A stretch of DNA of 64,000 nt, taken from assembly GCA_965235115.1 (NCBI GenBank), contig OZ249437.1, forward strand, positions 33,542,001 to 33,606,000. Reading direction: 5' to 3'. The position numbers and the translations under genes were made by a program. The notes below the pieces were generated by a model. That model saw only the letters and a list, made by a program, of their open reading frames with translations. It had not been told where the DNA came from and ran no database searches. Source of the stretch: Laetmonice hystrix (Eukaryota). Within the stretch, counting starts at the first letter, position 1; each line of letters opens with the position of its first letter. Below, piece after piece: positions 24,835-37,352 of this stretch.

Positions 24835-27800
24835 GTAATGGTGACTTTCACGGTTGTGCCCCACCCTCTTCATCCATCCACATCATCTCATAACTTCATG
24901 CTGCAACAGCAGTGCCCTCAGCCAAAACAAGTGGCCCGTTTCCAAGCAAAGTTGATCTGGAAGAAATGTGTGATGACAAAAATAAGGCCATAGGCATTAA
25001 CCCTGCTAACAAGTGTACTTGGTTAGAGTGATTCACACGCATAGCAAGCAGCTTGCTGTAGTCCCTAAGCTGCAGTACCCTACTGTGTGGCACTCCACGT
25101 CTTTCTTTTGTTATGTCCATTGTGTCGGATGGCAGCGGTAGGGTCTTAGATCCCGGCGCCCCGATGGCGTCGTCCGCCAGCCCTGATGCATGCAGGGGAA
25201 AGGTTGGTGACAGTTCACCAACCATCCACTGTCTATCCTTTCTTTAACTGCCTTCAACACCATACAGAATTAAGGATAGTTTGTGTGATGATGTTGAAAC
25301 GTTCTGCTGGTCTAACCACTGTATGAGCACAAGGTCCTGCATGTTGCTGTATGAAGGACGTGCATATAACAACCAAAGACAAACATTTTAAATCACAGCA
25401 CCTCAATGCATAACAGTACCTTACATACAGTATTTCACAAAGCTCTTCACGGTATGGTTTACGTCTATGCACAATAAATCAGAAACATTATGTTGCCTAT
25501 TTGCCAGGGTCTTTTTCTTTTATTGGGATCAAAATTATTATTATTGTATTCCTTTTCGTTATTTGATATCTGAGCAATATCTTGTTATTTGAATTCTGGT
25601 AAATAAGCAATATAAGCACAGTTGGAAAAAGCAGGCATACCTTCAAGCAGTGCAGTCCAAAAGAACTCATGGTATCGACCTATCAAGATTTGCTTATATG
25701 TTGCTTCAAATGTTGAAGTCTCTCAGCCCTAATTTGTGTGTGTGTGTGTTTGTGTCCGTGACATGGGCTGCCATTGTGTGTTAATCACCTTTAAAACAAG
25801 AAATGGCTGTGTGTGTCCAAGAAGCATGTGTTATATATGTCACATGCAGGCCAGATGAAAGAATTATTAGTAATTTGTTGATTGTAGTGCATGGTGTTGG
25901 ACTGATGTCTAGAGAACGCTATTGATTACTTTTATGTGTATTGCTTTTGTGTTTAAGTGAACAAATCTGTGATCATTGAAATTAGTGCTTACTTCATGAA
26001 ATAGATTCTAAAGTTAAGAATCATTACCTAAGTACCCGATACAAATACTGATTACCGGGGTATAAAGAGAATTCCTTCCAAAATTTGTAAAAACCTAACT
26101 CATGAACTCGATGAGCAATTATCGTTTTTTTTTATATGCTCTGTTTCATTATTATTTACTTAATTTCAATATGTATTTTACAAAATTGAGGAATCGCTAA
26201 TTGTTAAGTGTTCATGATATAGGTTTATTTAAAATATTGATTGAATCATTAGCTGGTTATTGTAATGCCAATTTCTTCTGCACGTGTCCAGCTGACATCG
26301 GGAGGAAGACTCTAGAAATATTCTAAAAAAAGATAGATGTTAAACAAGTTTCTTGTGCATTCATAAATATTTAGTCATTATGAACACTCTCATTTTACAT
26401 CCCGATAGAAGCAGATAGAAATTGACAAGAGGGAAGTGGGGTAAATTGATTGATTAATATTAAGTCAGAGAAATTTATTTTGGTTAAGACATCAGAAATG
26501 GAAAGGACAAAATGCGCTATGTAAAGTAGTTATACTTTAGAAATATATATGTACATAGGATAAGTACGTCCTACCAGCTTGTAGAAGTGTATGACCTGTA
26601 TCCAGCTGACCACGAAACGCAGCAGGACTGAGTGCTAATTCATCAGTATAGAGAATCAAATTTATTTTCTCCGTATTTCTGATTTTTGAAGATACATTGA
26701 AATTATTAAAAAAAATTGGATTTTTTTCTCTGAAATGTGTACTGCTGCATGGTGTGATCAGTTACTGATACAGTTTTTGGTTGCTGTTTTTTTTCTTCTT
26801 TCATGTGCCTATGTGTAAGTTAGATTATGACATGAGTATGTCTGCTAGAATTTCTGATTTTGTTCCTACAATCAATATGTTATATATCTGAAATGTAAGG
26901 TTATGACCCCACGCAGAGAGAAACCTCAGTTTTCAATGACAAATCCTGTCCTCTGTGATTCTGTTCCCTTTGTCCGTATCTGTTTGTTCTGTGTCCGGTT
27001 GCCCCAATATGGATGGCCTCTTGACTATGGCAAGTGTTGATTGGTGGATTTTTGCTTGTAATTGCATCATGTGACTTGGGTCTCCGATTCCCATTGGTCT
27101 GTTTCAGCAAATGCCTGTGTGTGATAATACTTTGTTTCAGTTGTTTACAGCTTGTTTGTGTAGAGGTCAGATTGGTCAATGTGCCTCTTGCAAACATGTA
27201 GAAAACTGTTTCATATATGAAATTGCTTTTCATTCTCTCCAATACTTAATTAGTGATGTCTTAATGCAGGGAATGATAATCACTAATTATTCATTTGATT
27301 AGCCTTTCTTCCATGAAAAACCATGATTTGCATGTATACAAATAATTACGTCTCCAGTTTGCAGATGAAAGAAACAGAAATGATAATGCAGTTTAATGTC
27401 CCTGCATGAAGTATTAACAAATTAATCATGTGCATGCCTGTCATATCCTCAATTTTGATTTAATACAGCGAATCCCCCAACATCTTACAGAAAATGCTGT
27501 GATACCACCTGTTGGATTTCTCTTCAATTTTTGAGGATTTTATTTTGGTACTTCTGTTTTTCCACATTATTTCTGTCATAAGAGAGGATGATTACTTCTC
27601 TTGCACTAGACTTTCCATATATATAAAAAGTGTGTTACAGAACAGAATACGAAAGACTTTTGATTTAATTTTAAACTGCAAACATTTCCACCGACACCAC
27701 ATTAGGTTTCCAACCACACAAAGGAAACACTTGCCATTGAGTTTTGTTTCCCTGTGCCTGTCTTGTGTTTCGTTGCCATGGGAGCCACACCATGGCAACC

Positions 27801-28993
27801 TTGTTTGTTTGATTCCTTTTAGTTTCCTCTCACCTCCGTGTATGATTTGTTCACCTTCCTCCGTGCCCGTATCCCTGTCAGTTGTAATATTGGTTGTCAG
27901 TTTAACCACCTTCAACAAATACTCTCTCACTCAAGTCGCCAAAACTACACACAATAATTCTCCACAGTAAACATACTAATCAACTACTTATAAGGTAGCG
28001 TGTGCTTGAAGCCTTACCACCTTAATATATGCCTCTAATTATTTTTTATTTTTAACATAGTGAGATGTTTCTTGAAGTATTTTTAATATTCCCGATAGAT
28101 GCAGATTTTGGAAACTAGCATGCTTTTGCTTTGTTAATTTGCTTCTGTTAACCATGCATCTGGTAAGCCGATGGAAATCTACCCGTCTGTGTGACCAGTT
28201 GCTAAGAAATACCATAATGTTAGAACCTGCCCTTGCTTTTAAACTTCTTTGGAACTGGGCCATTGTAGTTTTATAGACATGGGACTCATGACGATTCAGA
28301 TGCCTTCAATTCATCCTTCCAAGGCATCCAGTTATAAAGATGATCAAGTTCCTTCCCTCGCCTTTTTTCAGATATCATTCATCATTCCCCGTGGCTGTTC
28401 TCATTTAAATGAATAAGATTATATTGCAGAGACCTTTCCGCCGTAAAATCACTCAAACGCCCTCTGGTATGCATACAAATTCGCTGCAGTTATATCAGGC
28501 TGAAGCCCCTTTTTACAGTGATTTTTTAGGCTTAATATTTAAGACGTGAAATCTGTGAAATCTTCAAGAAAAAAGTTTGTGCAGTAATTAGTCTGTTCAA
28601 TGATTGCCCTACCAGAGGGGCTGTGAGTTGGTTATTGGAGCAGTAATGAGGTTGACCAGGGCATGACTGTGGCAAACAATGAAAGGAGAAAAAGTTTTCA
28701 ACAACTTTATAAATTACTAACTTGCAGTCGGTGTTGGTGGCATCATCATTAATTTAGAGGGGGTAAATTTTGTTGTAACTGTTGTGGTGCTTTGAATAAG
28801 TTATGATAACACAGTATAGGAGTCTTGCATGATAAATTCTTTAAAGTTGTAATTGATGATGTTATGATTTTGAAAAAAAAGTCGGGATCTGCAGCTATAA
28901 GGCAGGGCAACACTCTAACTATCTAATTTTGTAGCATCGTACGTAGTTCATGTTTTTTTCTCTGTGCTGATGATCATTTTGTGGCGTTGTTAG

Positions 28994-29140
28994 GTGAAGT
29001 TGGATGAGTTGTACGAGCAGCTTACGCAGGACCTGCGTAATCAGCGCAATTGGTTGAGTAACGCCGAGCAACAGTTGCTCAACCAGATACCAGCATGTGA
29101 CAACAGTGCCACACTACAACAGCAGCTTGACGACCAGCGG
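28994..29140 (+). CDS. shot: Spectraplakin exon, first spectrin-repeat exon
   Basis: TAG|VKLDELYEQL...QQLDDQR|GTAAAG, 147 nt, phase 0-0. Confidence 0.85.
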
Positions 29141-29300
29141 GTAAAGTTATCCTTACGTTAGCAGATCTCTCTGATTCTGAATCTCTGGGTTTCATGTAGA
29201 ATGTTAGTGGAGAATTTCTGGAAACAGTAAACTTGAGTAGCATTGAGTAGGCTATAAACCAGTTTCCTTATACCCCTAATAATTTACCACTATGATACAG

Positions 29301-29456
29301 GCATTGTATGGAGAGATAGTAACACACCAGCAACCCATCCTAGCGCTCGTCTACCAGGCCCAGCAACTCCTCGAACACAACAAGGCTGACTTCACTGAGG
29401 AACAGCTCAGCAAACTGGAGAACCTCATTATCGAAGTCAGGAAGAAACTGGAATTG
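29301..29456 (+). CDS. shot: Spectraplakin exon, spectrin repeat
   Basis: CAG|ALYGEIVTHQ...RKKLEL|GTAAGA, 156 nt, 0-0. Confidence 0.88.
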
Positions 29457-29632
29457 GTAAGACATGTAAACTGTATGTCACTGACTCTTGCCACTCTGTG
29501 ATTCTCAGTGAATCAAGAAATTAATTGATTGGTAAAACAAAAGGAAAGAGGGGGGAGCAACCCCAAACCTTGAGTTGATATGTTGATACTCTTTTTAACT
29601 CGATGATGAGATTTGATGACCAACTTTGCCAG

Positions 29633-29815
29633 GTGTACGGAGAGAGCGAGGGACGTGTGCGCTCACTGACAGCAGTCCACGGGGAGCTGGACAAGTTTGA
29701 GGATGAAGTCGGGAAGTTTGATGGCTGGATGAGTGAGGCTGAAGGCACCCTGCGGACAGGGCAGAGAGCAGGGGGAGACGTGGAGAGACTCCGTGACCAG
29801 ACTGAGAAACATAAG
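29633..29815 (+). CDS. shot: Spectraplakin exon, spectrin repeat
   Basis: CAG|VYGESEGRVR...QTEKHK|GTAAGG, 183 nt, 0-0. Confidence 0.88.
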
Positions 29816-29959
29816 GTAAGGCAGCCACTTTGAATACAGAATTCTCAAGTTTGAAAAAATAAACTTATTTTCACATATTTTTGAAACTGTAAGATGTTAC
29901 ATTAGGGAAGGTTTATAAATAGGGTTACCTGAGGTAATATTTTTCTTGATTAATTTCAG

Positions 29960-31351
29960 GCATTCCTCGATGATGTCACTGCACATGCTGCTGATCTGCG
30001 CTTCATTAATATGGCAGCTCAACGTTTCCTTGACGAGGCAATGCGCTACCAGAAGGACTTGAGAACTTTTGCGAACAACCTCCAGAAATCGCCTAAGGGT
30101 AAGCGCGCAGCTGATGCTACAGACTTCCAGGAAACGCGAGAGAAAGTTCGATCATCAAATGAACGATACCAGAACCTAAAAACGAATTGCGAAGCCTTGA
30201 TGGAACGTTTACGGGATGCTCGAGAGAGGCAGCGTGAGTACAACGAAGCCATTTTCAAGATGCAAGCATGGCTGCTGGATGCCGAAGGACGTGCCAAGGC
30301 GATCAAGTCCGAACTGATCGGCAGCAATCCAATGGCAATCAATGACCAGCTTGACCAGGTCAAGGCTCTCAGTGCCGAGGTGTTTGCACATGGCAAGAAC
30401 CTAGACGAACTGAAACGAGCTGCAAGGTACTTTGTGGACAAGATGAAAGAACTTGGAGCGGACGATGTGACACTACATGATATTGAGGAACTGGTAAACC
30501 AGCTGGCTGACCGGCATGGCTTCGTGACCGCTGAGACCACAGCGCGCTCCAATGTACTGCAGACAGCCCTCGTCCAATCACAGGGTGTCCAGGAAGGCAT
30601 TGATAGCCTCCTCGTTTGGCTGCGTGATACAGAGAACTCGCTGGGCTCCATGCGTCTCATCAGCCTCAACGAGAATACTCTTAATGACCAAATCCAAGAA
30701 CTGCAAGTGCTGAAGGCCGACATTGAAAGCCACATGCCCAGTGTGGACTCGGTCAACAAGTCAGGTTCCGAGATGATGAGGTCGAGCGAGCCCGAGGTGG
30801 CCCAGGTGATGGGAGACAAGCTGTCCGATCTCAACAACCGCTTTGAGGCAGTCGCCGTCACATGTAAGGAGAGGGGCGATGACCTAGAGATGGTCTTTGA
30901 TAAACAGGCCGAGTTCTCAGACCGAGTCGAGAAGTTCAACGAGTGGCTCAATCCCACTCTGGAAACACTCGAGTCGAAAGAAACCACCCAACTTGACACA
31001 GCAGAGTTTAAAGAAAGACTTCGTGACATCCAGGTGGACCTTGAATCGAAACTTGCAGAACTTTCCATAATCCGTGACATTGGGCAGGACCTCGTGTCCA
31101 GCCCCAAAACTAAAGACGTCACTAGGATCAAGGACACAATGGCGGAGTGTGAGCGGAACTGGCATGACTTTAACGACATCCTGGCAGACAAACAGAAGGA
31201 GGCCCTGTATCGTGAGGAGCAGTCCAGTCGCTATGCCGAGGCCCGCGATGCTGTCCTCAAGTGGCTTACAGTCACAGAAACCAAGATAGACAATCTAGAA
31301 CCAGTGGCCATTGATGTGGAGATTATTGCCAAACAAATAGAGGAATTACAG
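29960..31351 (+). CDS. shot: Spectraplakin exon, about 4 spectrin repeats
   Basis: CAG|AFLDDVTAHA...KQIEELQ|GTAAGG, 1392 nt, 0-0. Confidence 0.92.
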
Positions 31352-31620
31352 GTAAGGCATGCATTTCTATAAAAAATATCGGCGATGTGCTCTAAATATC
31401 TGATACTGTGGCCGTACCCAAATTGTACCATTGCTGCATTAATATGGGTACTTTTGGTTTCTGTCTGTAATAGTCATCAGGGAATTTAAAGCCTGCTTTT
31501 TGTTCAACATTAGATACCATCGCATAATGCATGCGTCACTATCTGTAAACATTTCAGAACTGTATCCCTCAAGGACTTAACGTTTCACAATTATTAAAAT
31601 GAACTTATGTTTTATTGTAG

Positions 31621-31735
31621 CCAATGCTGAAAGAATACGAGCAGTACAATCCTAAGGTGGATGAGGTTAATGAACTTGGCAATACATTCGATGCCCTCCA
31701 ACGCGGTGAACCTATGGCAAGTCCCGTCCGTCGAA
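31621..31735 (+). CDS. shot: Spectraplakin exon, spectrin repeat
   Basis: TAG|PMLKEYEQYN...ASPVRR|GTAAGT, 115 nt, 0-1. Confidence 0.88.
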
Positions 31736-32542
31736 GTAAGTCATTGTCCTTACGCCAGTCCCAGCCTTTCTACTCCATAGATAACCCTCATAGAGAAACC
31801 AAGCTTTTCCACCTATTTATAGTCATAGATCTTAGCAATTTAGAGTTTTCTCCATAAGTAGTGTGGCGTTTTGCGATATTCATAAACAGCTGCCCTTGCC
31901 TGACCATTTTGAGTGATGCATGATAGAATGTTTCTGGTTGATGTTCAGCAAAGGGGATATTTTAAAAGTTGAAATTTAAGATTGTCTCAGTGTTTTTGAC
32001 AAAGCCATGGCTGTCAATAGATTTCTAAAATTGTTATTGGTGTTATGCAAAATTTGCCATTCTAATTTGTAAAAGAATATTTTGGCTAGTCATAGAATAC
32101 AAGAAAGAAAGTTGATGCATATTGCTGCTATTTGAAAAGTTTTGAGTGAATAGAGGCAGTTCTGCGTTTTGGCTTGCTTTTGTGAGGCTAAAATCCCAGC
32201 AGCTGGTCTAGCCAAGACAGCGTTTACTGCTTCCCCAGCCAGCTGGTCTGCATAATTTACCATAGGATAATTAATTATGTAAGATTAGTGCGACCTACTC
32301 TATCTGAACTTTACCACCCATTCTGTGTCAGAATTCCTGGACCTACAGGCTGTCTCTAGTCCTGGCCAATATAGGGTACGAAATAAGAACATGCTTCGAA
32401 ACAAGGCCTTCCGACCCTCTTTGTAGTCCTTGTCATTTTCCCGTAAAACCACAGATGTACAAAAGAGCCGTGTCGAATGCTTTGACTGTAAGGTTGTCTT
32501 TGTTATGTGTTGGTCCTAGCGTGTAGTGGTGTGGTATTTCAG

Positions 32543-32686
32543 AGTCGAGGAGAATTGGTCGTAACTCGCTGAGTTCCCCCATCAGACAAGCCCCATCACC
32601 CACTACCATGCTCAGCCCTTCGAGTGAGTCGAGCGGTGTCAGTAGCCACAAGAGCTCATCTGACAATCTCCTTGCCGCGCTCGATG
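32543..32686 (+). CDS. shot: Spectraplakin Ser/Pro-rich insert exon (possibly alternative)
   Basis: TTTCAG|(K)SRRIGRNSLSSPIRQAPSPTTMLSPSSESSGVSSHKSSSDNLLAALD|GTTAGT, 144 nt, symmetric phase 1-1. Confidence 0.75.
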
Positions 32687-33383
32687 GTTAGTACAGCATA
32701 AGTGCTGCCCTCTACACCACCAGTCCTGTCGCTAAGCAACAATTTAGCCAGTGCTTTTCTCCCCACTGGCGTTGCCTGTTCTCTCACTATATTGCCGCCA
32801 TGCTTTTTATTATTAACCTTTCGTACTACATAAAATGTCCCATTACATTTTTAGATTGCCTTCACTTGGACCTTAAGCCTTATGTTTCACATGCCCACGG
32901 GCTATCTACTATACATGCCCGATTTATATGGTTTTACATTTCCAGTGTTGTAATTACTGTTGTGTATTGTTGATAAGTATCTATAGAAACCTTCCAGTAA
33001 GTTGATCTGTTTAGTTACATTATTCTATATGGGCGAGAGACGATATAAGTATGGCAGGAAATACTGTTTTCATACGTTTTGCATATGGATATTTCATAAT
33101 GTATTACTCTTTGCATGTTTAGAGCAAGTACACATTGAACATTTTCTAAGTATCTCTTTTTATGCTTGTTAAACTATTTATTCATGAAGACACTGTAAAG
33201 CTTATAACCTATATCATAAATGGTAGTAAACTTGAGACAAGTTTATCAGAATACATTAGAGTAATCTGTGACGTATCTGCAGTCGCGCCTCTTTTGCTGA
33301 TCGTTAAACAATGTAAGGCATTATAAGATTGTTGTCGAAATGTGAAGTTCTTTATTCTTTATTGCACCTGTTTGCTGGCACAG

Positions 33384-33622
33384 ATCTTACAGAGACGCAG
33401 CAGCAGTTAGTTGGCCTCAACCAGAGGTATGACATTGTTGGGGAGCGACTCGCTGACCGTCAGAAGGAGATGGAGTCAACTCTAGAGAAGGTCAAGGTTT
33501 ACCTCCAGGACGTACAGGAGATTTTAACATGGCTGGAGAACAAAGAAGGTTCCTCTACTCCACTGGAGGCGGCTCTCCCAACACAGGAGGAGGAGGCGAA
33601 GAGACAATTGAAGGAACACCAG
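33384..33622 (+). CDS. shot: Spectraplakin exon, spectrin repeat
   Basis: CAG|(D)LTETQQQL...RQLKEHQ|GTAACT, 239 nt, 1-0. Confidence 0.88.
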
Positions 33623-33801
33623 GTAACTACGCACCTTATATGAGTAAGCTATAGACTCCAAAATATGAGGAGAGTAAATGGCTAGGACTTGCCTGTCCGT
33701 CTCCAGTGTCTTGAATTTAAGGGTGGGCCAAAAACGTTGGCTAGAGTTTAATTTTTTTTTATTATTATTATTGACACATGTTGTTTGTGATTTCTGTATA
33801 G

Positions 33802-33931
33802 AGTTTCCATGAGGAACTTCTGAGCAAGGAACCAGTGATGGCAACCCTTAGGTCCAAGGCCCAGGAACTCCTCAAGAATCGTGAACACGTGTCTGGGATG
33901 AAGGACGTAAAGAAACAGCTCCGACAGTTAG
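33802..33931 (+). CDS. shot: Spectraplakin exon, spectrin repeat
   Basis: TAG|SFHEELLSKE...KQLRQL|GTGAGT, 130 nt, 0-1. Confidence 0.88.
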
Positions 33932-34188
33932 GTGAGTAATTAGAGATTAACAGCTATTAAATATTACATAATTGACCAAGGAAGGTTGCATGATGTCCAG
34001 CTAAGGCGTTTTGAACTTTTATTGCAGTTTACTTTCAGAAATGTCAGTCAAAATGTGGTTTTACGTAACAGAGGCTAAAGTTAACTGTTTAAAATTATTT
34101 TCAGGTTTTACAATCTAACTGTGTAGCTTATTTAGCAGCAGAAGAAGAAAGTGAAATGTGATTATGTTTTGGTTATTTAATGAAACAG

Positions 34189-34388
34189 AGAAACGTTGGA
34201 AGGGTCTAAAAGAACTATCAGAGGGACGACGTAGGTCGCTAGAGAGCCTGGTGGAGGATATAAAGGACGCCCGAGAACTGTACGATCAACTCAAGGGCTG
34301 GCTCGCTCAGAAAGAAAAGATGGTCACCATCCTCGGTCCTATTGTCATGGAACCTGCAATGGTTAACAACCAGCTGCAGCAAGTCCAG
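34189..34388 (+). CDS. shot: Spectraplakin exon, spectrin repeat
   Basis: CAG|(E)KRWKGLKEL...NQLQQVQ|GTAAGC, 200 nt, 1-0. Confidence 0.88.
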
Positions 34389-34677
34389 GTAAGCCAAAGC
34401 ATGTAGGAATTGTTTGATTACAGTTGTTCTTTTTTAAGACGAAACAAAATGTACAGGCTAGTTAATTTTATCTTCATTTGATTGAGTATTAATTTTAGAT
34501 TTCAAATTCAGTATGTTGATGAAATTGGTAAATTTAGGGTAGTTTTTGGCATTGGTCAAGAAACAGTACACACAGGCAAGGCGAACAACTTGTTGTGCTA
34601 TACACTTTATTAATATCAAACCAGGACCTGCTTGACCAAGAAGGTAGTTGAATGGTTTTCTTGGTTTTGTTTTGCAG

Positions 34678-35173
34678 CTGCTGCAAGAAGAGATGAAGAG
34701 CCAACAACCCCAGTACGAACAGTTCATCCAATGCAGCCTCTCTGTCCTCGAGAAATGTGACCCCACCTCCACGGACGCCCAAAACCTCGACAAACACATT
34801 AAGGAAATTAATAAAAGTTGGGATAAAGTTCAAGGTCGACTGGAGGAGCGAGAGGTGACGCTGAAGGAGAATCTGTCGTCGTGCACTGAGTATTACAATG
34901 TACTACAGGCCCTGACGGAGTGGCTGCCCAAGGTGCAGGAGAAGCTGGACGCCCTGCCTGCCATCAGTACGCAGGCTGACATGGTTGCCGACCAAAAGGC
35001 CCAGCTCAGGGAGCTGACGGACGAGGTTGAAGGACAGCGGCCGCAGGTGGAGAAAGCAGCAGCACTCTGCAGGCAGCTGGTCGACTCCACCAGGGAAGGC
35101 TCTGCCAAGTTCGACCTCAAGAACAAGCTGGCCAACGTCGAGAAACTATACAATGATATTACCAAGAAATTAG
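34678..35173 (+). CDS. shot: Spectraplakin exon, spectrin repeats
   Basis: CAG|LLQEEMKSQQ...NDITKKL|GTGAGT, 496 nt, 0-1. Confidence 0.9.
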
Positions 35174-35385
35174 GTGAGTGCTGGCGGAAAGAAGGTTCTG
35201 ATGTTGTTGCTTTGTAAAAATGCAAGAGAAACCTGTACCTAAAGCAAAAATCTGTGGTATAGTGAAGTATGATCATTGGGTCCTGGTGCTAGGACTTATT
35301 ATATGGAGTGTGTGCCAGATAGAAATAGAGGGACCAAAGCAGTGTGTGGTGTCTGATTTGTGATGTGACGTCATCTCAATGGCAG

Positions 35386-35552
35386 ATGGCCGCCGACTCC
35401 AACTGGAGGGAGCCGTGCAGGAAGGTCAGAAGTTTACAGCATCGCTAGCAGAGTTAGAGCAGTGGATGGTAGACAAACAAGGCGAGATCGACTCGATGAC
35501 TCCCATTTCTGGACAACAAGACGTCCTCATGAAACAGAACAGAGAAAGTGAG
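35386..35552 (+). CDS. shot: Spectraplakin exon, spectrin repeat
   Basis: CAG|(D)GRRLQLEG...KQNRESE|GTAAGG, 167 nt, 1-0. Confidence 0.88.
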
Positions 35553-35693
35553 GTAAGGCTCAGCTGTAGGCTTCATCTCGTAAAGGGTGGCCTGCATTGT
35601 AGATCGTACTCTTAATATCATTTTTTAGTGAGGTGATTTAACACGAATTTCTCACAGGAAAATATTTTAAAAGAGGTGTTTCAATTTCTACAG

Positions 35694-36023
35694 GCACTCC
35701 AGAATGAGCTGAGCAACCGTGAGCCAAGCCTGCGTCTGGTCCTTGACAAGGGGCAGCAGGTGATCGACACAGCGTCACCAATGTCAGACGTGTCGGACCT
35801 GAGTGATCAGCTCGACGGTCTAAGGTCGGAATGGAAGAAACTGAAGCTGAAAGCTGCAGAGCGTGACGCCAAGCTTAAAGAGGCATCAAAGCATGCCGAG
35901 CGTTTCAATGCAGATGCTGAAAACATGTTGGCATGGCTACAACTTAATGAGGAGAAGCTTGATGGAGCCTCTTCCATTGGCCTTGACAAGGATGTGGTTG
36001 CCAAGCAACTAAAAGAATCTCAG
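35694..36023 (+). CDS. shot: Spectraplakin exon, spectrin repeat
   Basis: CAG|ALQNELSNRE...KQLKESQ|GTAAAA, 330 nt, 0-0. Confidence 0.9.
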
Positions 36024-36225
36024 GTAAAATAGAAATTAAGTTTTCAGAATCAGTCCGAAAAAAAGAAATGGCAAAGAAACCATTCCAATGTATGAGATAA
36101 TCGTAATTTATATATCCTTTGCCAGTTGGTGTCCTACTCAGTTGTCATTGGAACAAAGAAATTAAGAAAATATAAATTTCTTGCCATATCTACATAGAGG
36201 ATAATTATAGCAATATTACTTGCAG

Positions 36226-36376
36226 GCTTTCCAAAACGAACTGCTCCGTAAGAGCCGTGACCAGGAGGGGCTGAATGCCGCTGGCAGGGCACTTGTTGAA
36301 AACACAGAGGCTGACCATGCTGCAGTTCAGGAGACTCTCAGCGATGTTAACACCCGCTGGGAAAACCTCAACTCAG
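36226..36376 (+). CDS. shot: Spectraplakin exon, spectrin repeat
   Basis: CAG|AFQNELLRKS...RWENLNS|GTATGT, 151 nt, 0-1. Confidence 0.88.
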
Positions 36377-36484
36377 GTATGTAGGCAGCGTTCTCCTTCA
36401 TGTTAAAAGGTTCTTTCACTTCTTTTGAAAAGTATTGAAAAAGGTACAAAACAGCAGAAAAATATATTGGTGGTTGTGTTTCAG

Positions 36485-36654
36485 GAGTTGTTGATCGAGT
36501 GCAGAGCCTTGAGGACACTTCACAGAAACTGCACGAGTTTGATGACGTCCTGCAGGACCTGGACTCGCAGGTGAAGAAGTGTGAAGATAAACTCACCTCA
36601 CACAAGGACCTCGGCTCAGCAGCTAAAGACAGGAAACACCTAGATAAGCTTAAG
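36485..36654 (+). CDS. shot: Spectraplakin exon, spectrin repeat
   Basis: CAG|(G)VVDRVQSLE...HLDKLK|GTGGGT, 170 nt, 1-0. Confidence 0.88.
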
Positions 36655-36876
36655 GTGGGTAGGACTTTCATTTTGATATACATACACTCAAGCCTGAATT
36701 TTTATCTTGATGTCATAACCATAATTGTTGTCCTAATTGATAAGAATTTGTGGACGATTTCTATATTTAATACAAGAAGAAGTACATGCTTGATGCTTTA
36801 GGTAAGAATGTAAGTTGTCGCAAGTTTCCTTCTATAGAAAATTAAATATGTAACAAAAAATGCAACATACTTTTAG

Positions 36877-37092
36877 GGTCTACAAGAGGAGGTGACAGCC
36901 CTGCAAGCTCAGATGGAATATGTCAAGGACTTCACCGATGGTTTGGTCACTGACGCCGTCGACGGAGCTGATATATCTCTGGTTACAACTGACTTGGATA
37001 ACCTCTCGGCTCGCTATTCTGTCCTGAAAAACGAGGTTGACGATGTCCTGCTAGATATTGAAGCTGGTTCAGAGAATGTTGCAGTGCTTCAG
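36877..37092 (+). CDS. shot: Spectraplakin exon, spectrin repeat
   Basis: TAG|GLQEEVTALQ...ENVAVLQ|GTGAGG, 216 nt, 0-0. Confidence 0.88.
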
Positions 37093-37238
37093 GTGAGGCG
37101 AACAGAACTTGAATCAGATTAAAATAATGCATTAACTTTTGTGACAAAATGATTTGGGGCCGTGAGAGTGTACAGAAGTTTATGAACGTTTTGAAAGTGT
37201 GTGCATGTTTCTAGAAAGTGAGTTGGTGGCTGTTACAG

Positions 37239-37352
37239 AATGAGATCCGGAGTTTGGCGAACCAGTTCGTGGACATGGAAGACGAGCTGGAACGCAAGTC
37301 ACCGTCAGCCCGTGATCGGGACAGCATCCATGCCCAGATTGATGATGTCAAG
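37239..37352 (+). CDS. shot: Spectraplakin exon, spectrin repeat (second possible donor at 37430)
   Basis: CAG|NEIRSLANQF...QIDDVK|GTAAGC, 114 nt, 0-0. Confidence 0.87.

Noticed and set aside
24820-25030. Protein-looking alternative frame near the end of exon B (GKGTSGNGDF... / VDLEEMCDDKNK)
   Set aside because: Interrupted by stops and needs a frameshift. The in-frame donor at 24834/24835 explains the gene without it.
26901-28263. ORFs of 64-152 aa in the intron after the giant exon, as possible alternative first exons
   Set aside because: AT-rich, low-complexity translations with no matching donor in phase or recognisable motif
32332-32375. Possible small exon (FLDLQAVSSPGQYR) before the Ser-rich exon
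   Set aside because: 44 nt, not frame-preserving, with a weak donor (GTACGA). Inclusion would cause an immediate stop.
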